Source of the DNA: Candidatus Bathyarchaeota archaeon
Lineage (GTDB): Archaea; Thermoproteota; Bathyarchaeia; 40CM-2-53-6
Direction: 5' to 3'
Assembly (NCBI GenBank): GCA_963726255.1
Contig: CAVSBL010000002.1
Span: 1,280,001-1,344,000 of the forward strand
Length of the DNA stretch: 64,000 nt
Shown one piece after another: positions 39,565-48,896 of the stretch. Both the position numbers and the translations under genes were made by a program. The notes beneath the pieces are model-generated. The model did no database searches and was not told the DNA's origin. It saw only the letters and a list, made by a program, of their open reading frames with translations. Positions within the stretch are counted from its first letter, which is position 1, and every line of letters starts with the position of its first letter.

Positions 39565-40185
39565 CTACTGCAGCATTGCGGTCAGGGTGACTGTGGCGGT
39601 TATGGGGACGCAGAGCGTCGCGGTGACGATGACCTGCCCGTTGATAGATGAAGCTGCGTTTGCTATTGGTTGCATGCTGAACGCATTTGAGGTCCCCGCC
39701 GAAGCCGCGATGGCCAAGTTACCTGCAGGATCTGTTAATTCTGCTGGGTTTGTGCACGTGGAGAAGTCGAAGGCACCGTATAATTGTCCTGCCTTAATGA
39801 TCGTGCCACTGCAAGTTGGCCCACTCAACCCTGCGAGGGTAACCCCAGCGGCAACGATGTCTTGGCTCTGCGGCGGCCTAAGGACAATCTGCAGCTGCTC
39901 AAGGTAGATGGGCCCAACCGTACTGTTGAGGTCGACATACAATGTGCGCCCAGTATTGAGTGCGGTAGTTTGGATTCGCACTACTCCATATTGGCTGAGT
40001 GGCTGAATTCCGCTTGAATTAGGCGTGATTGTTACTGTCGTAGTCACTGTCGTTGTCTCAGTCGTAGTAGACGGAACTTGTTGAGCATGATTGAAAGCTG
40101 AAACGGACTGTAAGGCGGCAATTGCAACGAGAAGCAGTAACAAAGCTACAGCCAGACTGGGCTTTTTCTGCCAGAACTTATTCAA
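39565..40185 (-). CDS. secreted hypothetical protein
   Basis: Signal peptide, Thr-rich linker, beta-rich domain. Confidence 0.7.
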   Translation of the reverse strand: MNKFWQKKPSLAVALLLLLVAIAALQSVSAFNHAQQVPSTTTETTTVTTTVTITPNSSGIQPLSQYGVVRIQTTALNTGRTLYVDLNSTVGPIYLEQLQIVLRPPQSQDIVAAGVTLAGLSGPTCSGTIIKAGQLYGAFDFSTCTNPAELTDPAGNLAIAASAGTSNAFSMQPIANAASSINGQVIVTATLCVPITATVTLTAMLQ

Positions 40186-40416
40186 AGAACTCTCACTCCA
40201 TACACTACCGGATCATGTGTACCGTGTGAGTAAAAAACCTAGGTCAGTTCTAACCTTGGAGGCGACAAAGCAGGCGCTAACGCCAGTATCAGAGAACGAA
40301 TCGGTCAAGGTTAGAATACTCGAGTGAATTTGACTCGTCGTTTTAGTGCGTGGGGGTCACCTGGTGCGCACACACACAAAAAGAGAAGGAAAAAAATCGT
40401 TGGAGCGTAGCTTTCG

Positions 40417-40692
40417 TTACCTGTAAGATTCTGCGTCCACCTTCGCCATCGGATACACTCCGTCTACTGGAAGCCCAGGGACTTTAGCGAGAACTTTGCG
40501 GATTGATTCAGCGTCTTTCGCGTCCCACTCGCAAAGTATCTTGGTCGCCTTTCCTTGCTCGTTCAGCTGTATCGTACCACCAATCCAATAGGCGTCCAAG
40601 GTGACATTGGCTTTGGCCATCTTGGCGAACACTCCAGCGTCCGCAATGGTTGCAGGTGACGGCAGCGTATGAGCCACTAGGAACTTTCCCAT
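40417..40692 (-). CDS. small hypothetical protein (DUF4242-like)
   Basis: MGKFLVAH...KILCEWDAKDAESIRKVL...LPVDGV; GAGGTGA SD upstream. Confidence 0.7.
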   Translation of the reverse strand: MGKFLVAHTLPSPATIADAGVFAKMAKANVTLDAYWIGGTIQLNEQGKATKILCEWDAKDAESIRKVLAKVPGLPVDGVYPMAKVDAESYR

Positions 40693-40879
40693 CTCATTTC
40701 ACCTCCTCATGTCATAATCGATTAACTCAGCCAGAAGCAATAGTCACCCTGCAACGTAAAGACTTGACATAACATACGGAATTCTAGGCAGAACGCATGT
40801 CGGTTCGGATGGTGGGGGTGTCTCCTTTTTTGGAGCAAACTATGTTACTTTCCGTCTTCACGTGTGGGCTGCGGGGGGT

Positions 40880-40904
40880 ATTTATTCCTGAATTGGGAAT
40901 AAAT
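40880..40904. promoter_or_regulatory. inverted repeat ATTTATTCC-N7-GGAATAAAT (putative autoregulatory operator)
   Basis: Perfect 9-bp arms ending 12 nt upstream of the wHTH gene. Confidence 0.6.
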
Positions 40905-40916
40905 TGGGTGGGGTGA

Positions 40917-41336
40917 TTGGTGGTGCGGATCGAGCTGGCTGCACGGGTTCTCTCGTGTTGCTTGGAGGCGGAGTTGTCTGTGTCGGAGCTGGTGGGGAAG
41001 ATGGGTGGAAGCCACGATAGAACTATGGCGCTTATCAAGGAACTGAAGGCGTGTAGCCTCCTGATGGCCGATACCCGAAGAAAACAAGGGCTGGGTCGAC
41101 CAAGACAGTACCTTCGTGCAACGCCAATTGGTAAACAGTTCGTGAAGGAATACAACCGCCTCAGCGGCCTGCCCCTTCGAAGCAATGAGAACGATGTCAA
41201 GAAGGCCCTACACCAGGCGGAACTGACAAGAAGGCTAGTTGAGAGCGGCATACCGCCGTATGCAAGATTCCAAGAGGTGAACGAACTTGCCCGGAACATC
41301 GCGAGCACTGCGAAAATTAAGCACGGCGCTCGATAA
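40917..41336 (+). CDS. winged-helix protein (putative antitoxin)
   Basis: LSVSELVGKMGG...LKACSLL...GRPRQYLRATPIG; overlaps the downstream NTase gene. Confidence 0.75.
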   Translation: MVVRIELAARVLSCCLEAELSVSELVGKMGGSHDRTMALIKELKACSLLMADTRRKQGLGRPRQYLRATPIGKQFVKEYNRLSGLPLRSNENDVKKALHQAELTRRLVESGIPPYARFQEVNELARNIASTAKIKHGAR

Positions 41337-41847
41337 CCTCTCCATACCGCACATGCTCATCGGAGGATTCGCCCTAGCAGCGTATGGGCAAATTCGAGCC
41401 ACCCAGGATGTGGATTTGGCTATCGCAGCGAATTACGAGAAGAGCGTTGAACTTCAAGGCAGCCTACGAAAATTGGGTTACCAGCTGGCCCCGGAGCCCC
41501 ACCCTGAGGCACCGCTCTTCTTTCTGACGGACCTTAAGGAAATGTTGGAAGTCGAAATGTGGACGAAACCTGACGGCGTTGTTTTCGATAGGGAAACTCT
41601 ACGCCGGCGTGTGAAAGTGCACCCCTTCGCCGACAGTTTCGAAATGTTCGCAATTGGCCCTGAAGACTTCATTGTAAACAAACTTGCCAGAAAAGACCGG
41701 GGGGTCCAAGATGAGCAGGACGCCGTCTCAGTTCTGGCAATGCAAAAAGGCAAACTCGACTATTCCTACCTTAGGAAGAGAGCGAAGCAAGCAAACGTAA
41801 TCGACCTGCTAGAGACATTAATGCAGACATCAAACACTTACCCATAA
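41287..41847 (+). CDS. Pol-beta-superfamily nucleotidyltransferase (DUF6036/AbiEii-like)
   Basis: LIGGFALAAYGQIRATQDVDL, PEDFIVNKL...DEQD...LDYSYL. Confidence 0.85.
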   Translation: MPGTSRALRKLSTALDNLSIPHMLIGGFALAAYGQIRATQDVDLAIAANYEKSVELQGSLRKLGYQLAPEPHPEAPLFFLTDLKEMLEVEMWTKPDGVVFDRETLRRRVKVHPFADSFEMFAIGPEDFIVNKLARKDRGVQDEQDAVSVLAMQKGKLDYSYLRKRAKQANVIDLLETLMQTSNTYP

Positions 41848-42082
41848 TCAACGACTCAACTCACGCCCTATGCGGCCGGGAAACGGGGCTTCGGTGGCAG
41901 TGTGAGCCTTGAGTTGTGGATGGTTTGATTATTCGTTCAGTGCGGGTTTTGGGTGCTGGTTTAGCGTAGACCAGGGGCTGTCGGCTGTGAGTCGCGACTT
42001 TGTCGCGGAGACGGGGTGATTTCGTGGTGACCCGGATGAGCCGCGACGAGCGAATTAATAGGGATGGCTCAGGGTCTCAAGG

Positions 42083-42502
42083 ATGTCACCGAAACGTCAT
42101 GGTTTCGGCCGATATGAACTAGACATGGGAAGAACAAAATGGAAAACTCATCCGAGCACGCCCACCCGCCGCGTCAGAATATTCCCTTACCTAACGGACT
42201 CGGAGGCAGACGAGTTAGAGCGAGCCGCGCGAGAGAGTGGAGCATGCTCACGGGGCTTAGTGATCACCGAAGCCGTGAAGACCGGCCTCCTAGGCCCCAG
42301 AGTCAAACTTAGCCGGGAGAGAAGGCATAGAAAAATCGGCGTCTGGATCCCACGCCGGACCGCCGCCGAGCTCAAGCAACTCGCCCACGAACACAACCTA
42401 ACACTCACACGCCTCCTGAGACACTTCCTACTCCAATACTTAGCAGAAGCCCCGTGGAGAAACAACCACGACCCGAAGACACAGGAGGCCGCGGCCCCAT
42501 GA
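42083..42502 (+). CDS. tandem ribbon-helix-helix DNA-binding protein (start perhaps 42125)
   Basis: Two RHH-like units: VRIFPYLTDSEADELERAA...RGLVITEAV and IGVWIPRRTAAELKQLAHEHNLTLTRLLRHFL. Confidence 0.7.
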   Translation: MSPKRHGFGRYELDMGRTKWKTHPSTPTRRVRIFPYLTDSEADELERAARESGACSRGLVITEAVKTGLLGPRVKLSRERRHRKIGVWIPRRTAAELKQLAHEHNLTLTRLLRHFLLQYLAEAPWRNNHDPKTQEAAAP

Positions 42503-42906
42503 AAATAAAACTCGTTGGAGGCCCACCGGCGAAGGTAGAGAAGCAGGAGCTACTCACCAAGAAAGACGTCCCCGAGTACGAACGAACTAAGAACGCGTTA
42601 GTCAAAGTGCTGGAGAAGGCGGGAGGATACGAACCGGCCATAGACGACATACTCATCGACCAGATCGCCCGAAGCGCAATACAAGCGAAAAACCTGGAAG
42701 TATTCCTCGACTCGAAGCGGTCAACGGTTGACACGTACTCGGTCGTGGCCGACAGCAAATTGAAACTGATGAAGATCATCGAGAACCTAACCCGAGAACT
42801 AGCGCTCAGCCGCCGCGACAGACTAGGCAAGCAAACCCAATCCGACATCATGGAGCAAATCAGCGTAGCCATAGGGGAGGAGGCCCCGAAGCATGGAGAA
42901 CAGTGA
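42499..42906 (+). CDS. putative terminase small subunit
   Basis: AGGAGG SD, ATGA overlap with the RHH gene, helical protein directly before terL; LTRELALSRRDR recalls the P27-type TerS ELGLTPxSR motif. Confidence 0.6.
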   Translation: MKIKLVGGPPAKVEKQELLTKKDVPEYERTKNALVKVLEKAGGYEPAIDDILIDQIARSAIQAKNLEVFLDSKRSTVDTYSVVADSKLKLMKIIENLTRELALSRRDRLGKQTQSDIMEQISVAIGEEAPKHGEQ

Positions 42907-44224
42907 ACGCCTCAAACGGTACGCGCAACTCTACCACAAGACCCTACAGGATCCCGTTGAGTTCGCGAGAACATTCCTACACTTCCAACCCTACCCATAC
43001 CAGGAGAAATTCCTACGTGACAATTCCACGCTTACTGCCGCCTGCTGCGGCCGACAGGTTGGAAAAACAACCCTAGCCGCGATCGTAGCCCTACACTTCG
43101 CCCTCGCAAAGAACCATGTGCGAATTCTAATCGTCAGCGCAGGCTTACGGCAGAGCATAATACTCTTCGACAAAATCCTCGATGACACGGAAACCGCTAT
43201 CCCCGCGAAAGCCCTTTTGACTTACAGGACAAGAACGAAAGTTCGGTTCAGTAACGGATCAGAGATCGTAGCCTTACCCTGCGGAAGGGAAGGGTCGACC
43301 CTACGGGGCCAAACGGCGGATATGGCCATTCTGGACGAGGCAAATTTCATTCCCAGAATTGTCATTGACTCTGTGGTTAGGCCGTGGATGATTACGCGGC
43401 CAGGGGCCAGGCTGATCATGATTTCCACGCCGTGGACGAGGGACCACCCATTCTATGAAGCCCTTAGCAAGCCTGAGCTGGGATTCAAAACCTACAACTG
43501 GCCGAGCGCCATGAACCCGACGGTTACCAAAGAAAAGTTGGAGCTGGAGAGGAGAACCATCGGTGATTTTGCTTTCAACCGTGAATACAACGCCGTATTC
43601 ATGGACGACCAATTCAGCTTCCTGCCCAGCGAGTTGGTGTTAAGCTGCACGGACGGCAGATATGCGCTAAACAACGATCCACTCCAAGCCGAAAAGTACC
43701 GGGGGCAATTCCTGATTGGCATAGATTTCGGGAAGCACGCCGACCATTCCGCAATCGCCATCCTAGAGAAGGTTGGCGATAACCTTCGCCTCGTCTACCT
43801 CATTGAACTGCCGCTGGAGACCCCCTACACCGCGGTAATAGGCACTGTGAGGCGGCTGCACGAGGCGTACGCCTTTGCGGCGGGCTGCCTCGACAAGACG
43901 GGAGTGGGTGAAGGACCCTACGAAGAGATCAAACAATTCATGCGAATTGAAGGCGTCACCCTAACCGCGCAAATAAAGGAAGACATCATGGGCAAACTGA
44001 AACTCACCTTAGAGCAGGGCAGACTCACCCTCCCAAGGGACAACACACAACTCCTAGTCCAGATGACCGAGCAACAATGCGAAACCACCAAGTCCGGGAC
44101 GTTGAAGTTCAACCACCCAGCCGGCACGCATGACGATCAATTGTGGAGCCTCGCACTGGCCATCTACGCATCAACACAACAGCAGACCCGACCGAACTTC
44201 AAGCCAATCACTCGATACTTCTGA
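42893..44224 (+). CDS. terL: terminase large subunit
   Basis: PYQ adenine motif, GRQVGKTT Walker A, ILDEA Walker B, ISTP coupling motif, FNREY, nuclease motifs GIDFG, DKTGVG and HDD. Confidence 0.93.
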   Translation: MENSERLKRYAQLYHKTLQDPVEFARTFLHFQPYPYQEKFLRDNSTLTAACCGRQVGKTTLAAIVALHFALAKNHVRILIVSAGLRQSIILFDKILDDTETAIPAKALLTYRTRTKVRFSNGSEIVALPCGREGSTLRGQTADMAILDEANFIPRIVIDSVVRPWMITRPGARLIMISTPWTRDHPFYEALSKPELGFKTYNWPSAMNPTVTKEKLELERRTIGDFAFNREYNAVFMDDQFSFLPSELVLSCTDGRYALNNDPLQAEKYRGQFLIGIDFGKHADHSAIAILEKVGDNLRLVYLIELPLETPYTAVIGTVRRLHEAYAFAAGCLDKTGVGEGPYEEIKQFMRIEGVTLTAQIKEDIMGKLKLTLEQGRLTLPRDNTQLLVQMTEQQCETTKSGTLKFNHPAGTHDDQLWSLALAIYASTQQQTRPNFKPITRYF

Positions 44225-44267
44225 CACCAGCCCAAAAGAACCCGTCGTCACCGCTCACTGAATCTCA

Positions 44268-44558
44268 TTAGTCTTTGTAGATTCCTCGCCTGTGTCCAGC
44301 CGCATGCAGTACGACGGTATGGCTCGCTTCGTTTACAGTGTAGATGATTCTGAAGTCACCTACTCGCAAAGAGTAGAATCCATCCAATTGCCCACGAAGA
44401 TTCTTCCCGACGCGTGGATTGTCTGTTAATAATTCAACAGCCTGAAGTATGCGCTGAATGGTGATTTTGTCCAGTTTGCGCAGAGCTTTCAAGAAGCCTG
44501 GGGTCGATAAAATACTATAGCCTGCCTTCCTTTCGGAGTTCCCTTTTGAGTTGCTCAA
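44268..44558 (-). CDS. RelE/ParE family toxin
   Basis: FLKALRKL...GKNLRGQLDGFYSLRVGDFRIIY...GHRRGIY. Confidence 0.9.
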   Translation of the reverse strand: MSNSKGNSERKAGYSILSTPGFLKALRKLDKITIQRILQAVELLTDNPRVGKNLRGQLDGFYSLRVGDFRIIYTVNEASHTVVLHAAGHRRGIYKD

Positions 44559-44721
44559 TTGTGTAGAACCTGCCCATTTTCACATCTCTCTGTGACTCTC
44601 TGATGGACTTCATCAACGCCTTATCCCGCAGAACTTCCTCCGTCTCCAATAGTTCGTCGAGGAGATGCCTCGTTTCTAGAAGTAACTTCCTGTCCTGTGT
44701 CGAAAGCAAAGATTTCGCCAA
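44515..44721 (-). CDS. antitoxin partner of RelE
   Basis: LLETEEVLRDKALMKSIRESQRDVKMGRFYTIEQL; overlaps the toxin gene. Confidence 0.85.
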   Translation of the reverse strand: MAKSLLSTQDRKLLLETRHLLDELLETEEVLRDKALMKSIRESQRDVKMGRFYTIEQLKRELRKEGRL

Positions 44722-45000
44722 GCCTTCGTGACCTCACGGCAGTTTGTCAGTATCCCATTATTTAAGGGCAAGTAGCTATGAACCTCAAACGTAGCAAAAC
44801 TAAGTCTTGCGCAATCGGGCCTCGATGTTTCTGACATCAGCCGAGAACCTACGGAGACCACGGAACCCCGCTCTCAAGGCGAATACGACCATATCCAGCT
44901 TCCTTCAGCCCAACGCGATGAAGCGCGCGACCTAGCTCTATGGAGATTTAACTGGCGGGCTTGCTTTCTGTGCGGGTTCGACCGGAAGTGTTAAGCTGAG

Positions 45001-45026
45001 CTATGCCACTGCTATAAATCGCATAG
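45001..45026. promoter_or_regulatory. CTATGC-N14-GCATAG inverted repeat around TATAAAT
   Basis: Immediately upstream of the 45036 ATG. Confidence 0.45.
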
Positions 45027-45035
45027 GCGTTACTT

Positions 45036-45806
45036 ATGGCTAGGGCCCTCGACGCAGACAGGGCAACAAGACTTCCGCGCATAGTCCGGGAGTTAGGGCG
45101 GGGGGCTTCGTTCGGGAATATACTGATGGAGGCTGCGCGCGAGGGTGTTCTGAGAAGGCATGAAACGTTGCGGCGTTACCTTGACCTCCTAGTAATGGGC
45201 GGGGTCCTAAGTGTACGGTTACGTGACGTTGGTTCCGTTAAGCGACAGCAGCTCTACACCGTCAAATCCATCCGGCCCAAGATTACTGTTGGCCTAGCGG
45301 TACTCGGAAGGCACGGCTTGAATTGGGATGTCCCGGAGAACGAGATGCGGCGCATTTCCACTGACTTCGAGGGCCTCGCCCGTGCCGTGGCCTTCGATCA
45401 TACCTTAATGGGATCACTGGAAGATTCACTCGTTCATGAATTATGCAGGGATGCGAAGAAAAATACGGGCGCAGTCTCTTTCGTTGTGGCGATGCTAGCA
45501 ACTCGAACGGTGGACCTGCCATACATACTGAAACGCGCCGACGAATTGCATGCGGGCGTTGCCATGCGACGAATATTCATTCGAATACTGAAGACCACGT
45601 CATCCATCGAGACGGAGGTAGGTGCTTCTATTTTTTTCGCGGTGCGGAACCGTTTCCTGAATATCGCAAGACAGTACTCCCGGTCCGGTTTTTGGAAGCT
45701 TGTACAGTCGAAGGGAGTTGGCCAGTTAGGCCTCGGCATCGTTGAAGGCGTGAATGATTATGATATTGTCCTGTCCGCCGGCAAACAACTCGGGGTGACG
45801 GGTTGA
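45036..45806 (+). CDS. wHTH-containing protein (AbiEi-like putative antitoxin)
   Basis: N-terminal wHTH (TLRRYLDLLVMGGVL), SLEDSLV...VDLPYILKRA; abuts the NTase gene. Confidence 0.6.
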   Translation: MARALDADRATRLPRIVRELGRGASFGNILMEAAREGVLRRHETLRRYLDLLVMGGVLSVRLRDVGSVKRQQLYTVKSIRPKITVGLAVLGRHGLNWDVPENEMRRISTDFEGLARAVAFDHTLMGSLEDSLVHELCRDAKKNTGAVSFVVAMLATRTVDLPYILKRADELHAGVAMRRIFIRILKTTSSIETEVGASIFFAVRNRFLNIARQYSRSGFWKLVQSKGVGQLGLGIVEGVNDYDIVLSAGKQLGVTG

Positions 45807-46532
45807 ATGAACAGGCCGAAGGAGATTCGAGCCGCCCCAAGAGAATGGATGGCAATTCTTCGTTATGCGTACCCATTCCTGCGAGAGCAACAATCCGTTG
45901 GCGACCTGCTCCTTTTTGGTTCCCAAGTGCTATCTTTCCACATGAAGAACCCACTGCGAAGCAAGGACCTCAACTTTCTTTCCTCCCAGGTCGGTTTGCG
46001 CCAAATGGATACCTTGGCGGAAAGGCTTTCGACTCTAGAAAATGTGCAGTATAAGGCGACTTCAGTTCAGACGAAGACATTCGACGGAAGAAAGATGACG
46101 ACTTACGCAATAGAATTGAGGATCAATAGGAAGCCGTTTTTCGTTGAGTTGTTCGACAGCGTTCTGGATGGGCGACCCCTCTCCGTCCTTCAACCTTTTG
46201 TCGAGCTGAAAGAGCGATGGGGTTTGGAAGTTTGGTTGCCGAACCGTGAAGCCACACTCGCCCTCCGCCTCGCTTTCAGACCCCCCGAGGGAATATCACG
46301 CCTCAACGCCCTGCGCCTAAACGGCTTCATCAAGGAGAACCATCGAAGACTCGATTTCCCACAGGTACGGTCGATTCTAACAGAATGGGGAATAGTGAAC
46401 TGGGTCGAGAGAAACCTAACAGAACTCTACCAACGAAATAGGATAAGGATTCAAGACGACCGGAAAATAATCCCTGAGATTGAACAGAAGCTTAAACACT
46501 CAGGTAAGAGCACAAAACCCAGACCGAAATAG
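45807..46532 (+). CDS. divergent nucleotidyltransferase (AbiEii-like putative toxin)
   Basis: LLFGSQVLSFHM...RSKDLNFL (GS...DxN), FFVELF. Confidence 0.6.
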   Translation: MNRPKEIRAAPREWMAILRYAYPFLREQQSVGDLLLFGSQVLSFHMKNPLRSKDLNFLSSQVGLRQMDTLAERLSTLENVQYKATSVQTKTFDGRKMTTYAIELRINRKPFFVELFDSVLDGRPLSVLQPFVELKERWGLEVWLPNREATLALRLAFRPPEGISRLNALRLNGFIKENHRRLDFPQVRSILTEWGIVNWVERNLTELYQRNRIRIQDDRKIIPEIEQKLKHSGKSTKPRPK

Positions 46533-46747
46533 GCGGATGCCGTTCTAGTTCATAGGATTAATCTAATTCCCTACGCCGTTCTACTCGCGGCGAATTCCGA
46601 TAAATTATAACTCTAAAAGTTCAGCACACTTCCAATCATAATTTCAAACCGGCGAACAATCCGCCTTCAAACTAGAACGAAAGAAAATTCTAAATCGAGA
46701 ATGTCAGTGAGCATTGAAAACAAGATTGGCCGAAGTGTTGTGATAAC

Positions 46748-46814
46748 CTCATAGTCAGATCCACGAATAACATTATCAAAGCAGTCCGGGGGTCCATCGT
46801 TCATCGTCACTGAG
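46748..46814 (-). ncRNA. candidate box C/D guide sRNA
   Basis: ACGATGA(C)-12nt-CGGA(D')-5nt-TTGATAA(C')-14nt-CTGA(D), CTCA/TGAG terminal pairing, directly after the ltaE stop. Confidence 0.45.
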
Positions 46815-47861
46815 CTAGGACTTGCTTTTGATCTGGTCGACAATTTTCTCAGCAACATTCACCGTGTATTCAATGTCATTTTTCTCTATTCCGCGATGAG
46901 TAACCATCCTTACTCGACCAGCATCAACCGCATCGGCCTTTATTCCATATTCGTGCATCCTTGCAACCCATCCTTCAGCGTCCAGCCCTAATCCGCTAAT
47001 ATCGTAGATGACAATGTTCGTCTGCACCCGTGAAGGGTTTATCGAGACCCCTAGTCTCGCGAGGCCGGTAGCCAGAGTTTTCGCATTAACATGATCATCT
47101 CCTAGACGATCTACCATTTTTTCCAGTGCAATTATTCCACAAGCGGCGATTATTCCCGCTTGCCTCATTCCGCCACCAAGCATTTTTCGGTATTTTCTGG
47201 CGCGATCGATGAAATCATGGTCGCCCACAACCATGGATCCAATTGGTGCACTCAAGCCTTTCGAGAGGCAAAACATCAAGGTATCTACATATTGCGTGAA
47301 TTCACGCGGGTCCAAGCTTTGGGCAACTGCGGCGTTGAATATCCTAGCGCCGTCCATGTGAACGCTCAATCCCTGACTCTTCGCGAAATCGTATACTGCT
47401 TTAGTCTGAGAAGGTGTCCACATCGCTCCTCCAGCACGGTTATGAGTATTTTCGATGCATACCAAGCTGGTTGGTGGAAAGTGAATGTCTTTTGGCCTCA
47501 GGGCTGCTTCTATGTCTTCTGGCGTCATAACTCCCATGTTGCCTTTGACGAGGCGAGGCACTAGGCCTCCTAGGATTGAGAATGCGCCTAACTCATAGTA
47601 GTATATGTGGGCTTCGCGCTCCAGTATCACCTCGTCACCACGTTTCGTTTGGCTCATTAAGCTTACTAGGTTCGCCTGGGTTCCGCTCGTCGTCAGTAGG
47701 GCGGCCTCTTTGCCCATCTTCTCAGCAGCAAGTTCCTCTAGGCGGTTGACCGTAGGATCTTCCCTGTAGACGTCGTCACCTAACTTTGCAGTCCTGATCG
47801 CATCAAGCATCTCTTCAGTCGGGAGTGTGACGGTGTCGCTTCTGAGATCAATCACGCGCAT
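46815..47861 (-). CDS. ltaE: low-specificity L-threonine aldolase
   Basis: IDLRSDTVT, SGTQAN, ENTHN, HMDGARIFNA, CLSKGLSAPIGS. Confidence 0.95.
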   Translation of the reverse strand: MRVIDLRSDTVTLPTEEMLDAIRTAKLGDDVYREDPTVNRLEELAAEKMGKEAALLTTSGTQANLVSLMSQTKRGDEVILEREAHIYYYELGAFSILGGLVPRLVKGNMGVMTPEDIEAALRPKDIHFPPTSLVCIENTHNRAGGAMWTPSQTKAVYDFAKSQGLSVHMDGARIFNAAVAQSLDPREFTQYVDTLMFCLSKGLSAPIGSMVVGDHDFIDRARKYRKMLGGGMRQAGIIAACGIIALEKMVDRLGDDHVNAKTLATGLARLGVSINPSRVQTNIVIYDISGLGLDAEGWVARMHEYGIKADAVDAGRVRMVTHRGIEKNDIEYTVNVAEKIVDQIKSKS

Positions 47862-47879
47862 GCCGATCCACCTGTTTCT

Positions 47880-48887
47880 CTAAGACCTGATGATATTGTA
47901 AGTCTCTTGCGGGAAAAAGCAGGCCACTGAATGACCTTCCCGTATCTTTTCCAGGTCAGGGTGCTTCGCAGTGCAGAGAGGTTGAGCGAATGGACATCTC
48001 GGGCTGAATCTGCATCCAGAAGGCGGATTGATTGCACTCGAAATTTCACCTTTCGCTATTAGTCCTTGAGAAACGTTGTCTGGGTCAGGCACAGGTACCG
48101 CTGAGAGAAGACAGATCGTGTAGGGATGCAATGGTTTCGTGTATAGTTCTTCTCTTGAAGCGATTTCGACGATTTCTCCCATGTACATTATTGCGATTGT
48201 ATCCGATATTTCCTTCGCAACCGCGAGATCGTGAGTGATGAAGAGGTATGTGAGGTCGAATTCCTCTTTCAGTTTAGTCATCAACTCCAGAATTGACGAC
48301 CTGAGAGACACGTCTATCATTGAGACAGGTTCGTCCGCAACAACAAGATCTGGATGCAGTATGATTGCTCGGGCTATAGCTACCCTCTGTCGCTGCCCTC
48401 CGCTCATGTTCCTGGGATACAGGTCGAAGAAATCACTAGGAGGCGTGAGACCAACCTTTTCCAGCATCTGAAGTCCCAATTGTCTTCTCTCAGAAGCGTT
48501 CGATATTCCATGGATCCGTAGCGGGTCTGAGACGGCGTCGCCGATTCTTTGGCGCGGGTCAAGCGAAGCATAGGGATCTTGGAAGATCATCTGCATCCGT
48601 CTTCGGAATATTCGTAGTGCCTCCCGTTTCATGGTAGTCACGTCTGTTCCACCCAGAAACACATGCCCCTCGGTTGGCTCGACAAGTCGGAGAATTGTCT
48701 TCCCAGTGGTTGTCTTTCCGCAGCCACTCTCGCCAGCCAGAGTCATCACTCGCCCTTTTTCTATGGTGAAAGAGACGTCGTCTACTGCACGAACGTAATC
48801 CCTTGCTCTCGAAACCAACCTCTGCAGTGCGCCCTTCTGGACGGGGAAGTATTTTTTGAGGCCGACTATTCTTACAAACGCGTCCAA
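47880..48887 (-). CDS. peptide ABC transporter ATPase (DppF/OppF)
   Basis: GESGCGKTT, SGGQRQR, ADEPVS, HPYT, GCRFSPRC. Confidence 0.95.
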   Translation of the reverse strand: MDAFVRIVGLKKYFPVQKGALQRLVSRARDYVRAVDDVSFTIEKGRVMTLAGESGCGKTTTGKTILRLVEPTEGHVFLGGTDVTTMKREALRIFRRRMQMIFQDPYASLDPRQRIGDAVSDPLRIHGISNASERRQLGLQMLEKVGLTPPSDFFDLYPRNMSGGQRQRVAIARAIILHPDLVVADEPVSMIDVSLRSSILELMTKLKEEFDLTYLFITHDLAVAKEISDTIAIMYMGEIVEIASREELYTKPLHPYTICLLSAVPVPDPDNVSQGLIAKGEISSAINPPSGCRFSPRCPFAQPLCTAKHPDLEKIREGHSVACFFPQETYNIIRS

Positions 48888-48896
48888 GTTTGATCA

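Larger units (their letters stand above)
40880..46532. mobile_element. accessory island: terminase module flanked by three TA-like pairs; no integrase seen, boundaries approximate
   Basis: wHTH+NTase, RHH, TerS-like, TerL, RelE/antitoxin, wHTH+NTase, sitting between host genes. Confidence 0.6.

Noticed and set aside
44840-44940. Minus-strand fragment RALHRVGL...LESGVP resembling the C-terminus of the 40917 protein
   Set aside because: Short, weak similarity with no start codon; cannot be distinguished from chance.
40780-46620. att sites or terminal repeats bounding the terminase island
   Set aside because: Only a weak AGAACG(G)CAT inverted similarity between the ends, too short to support.
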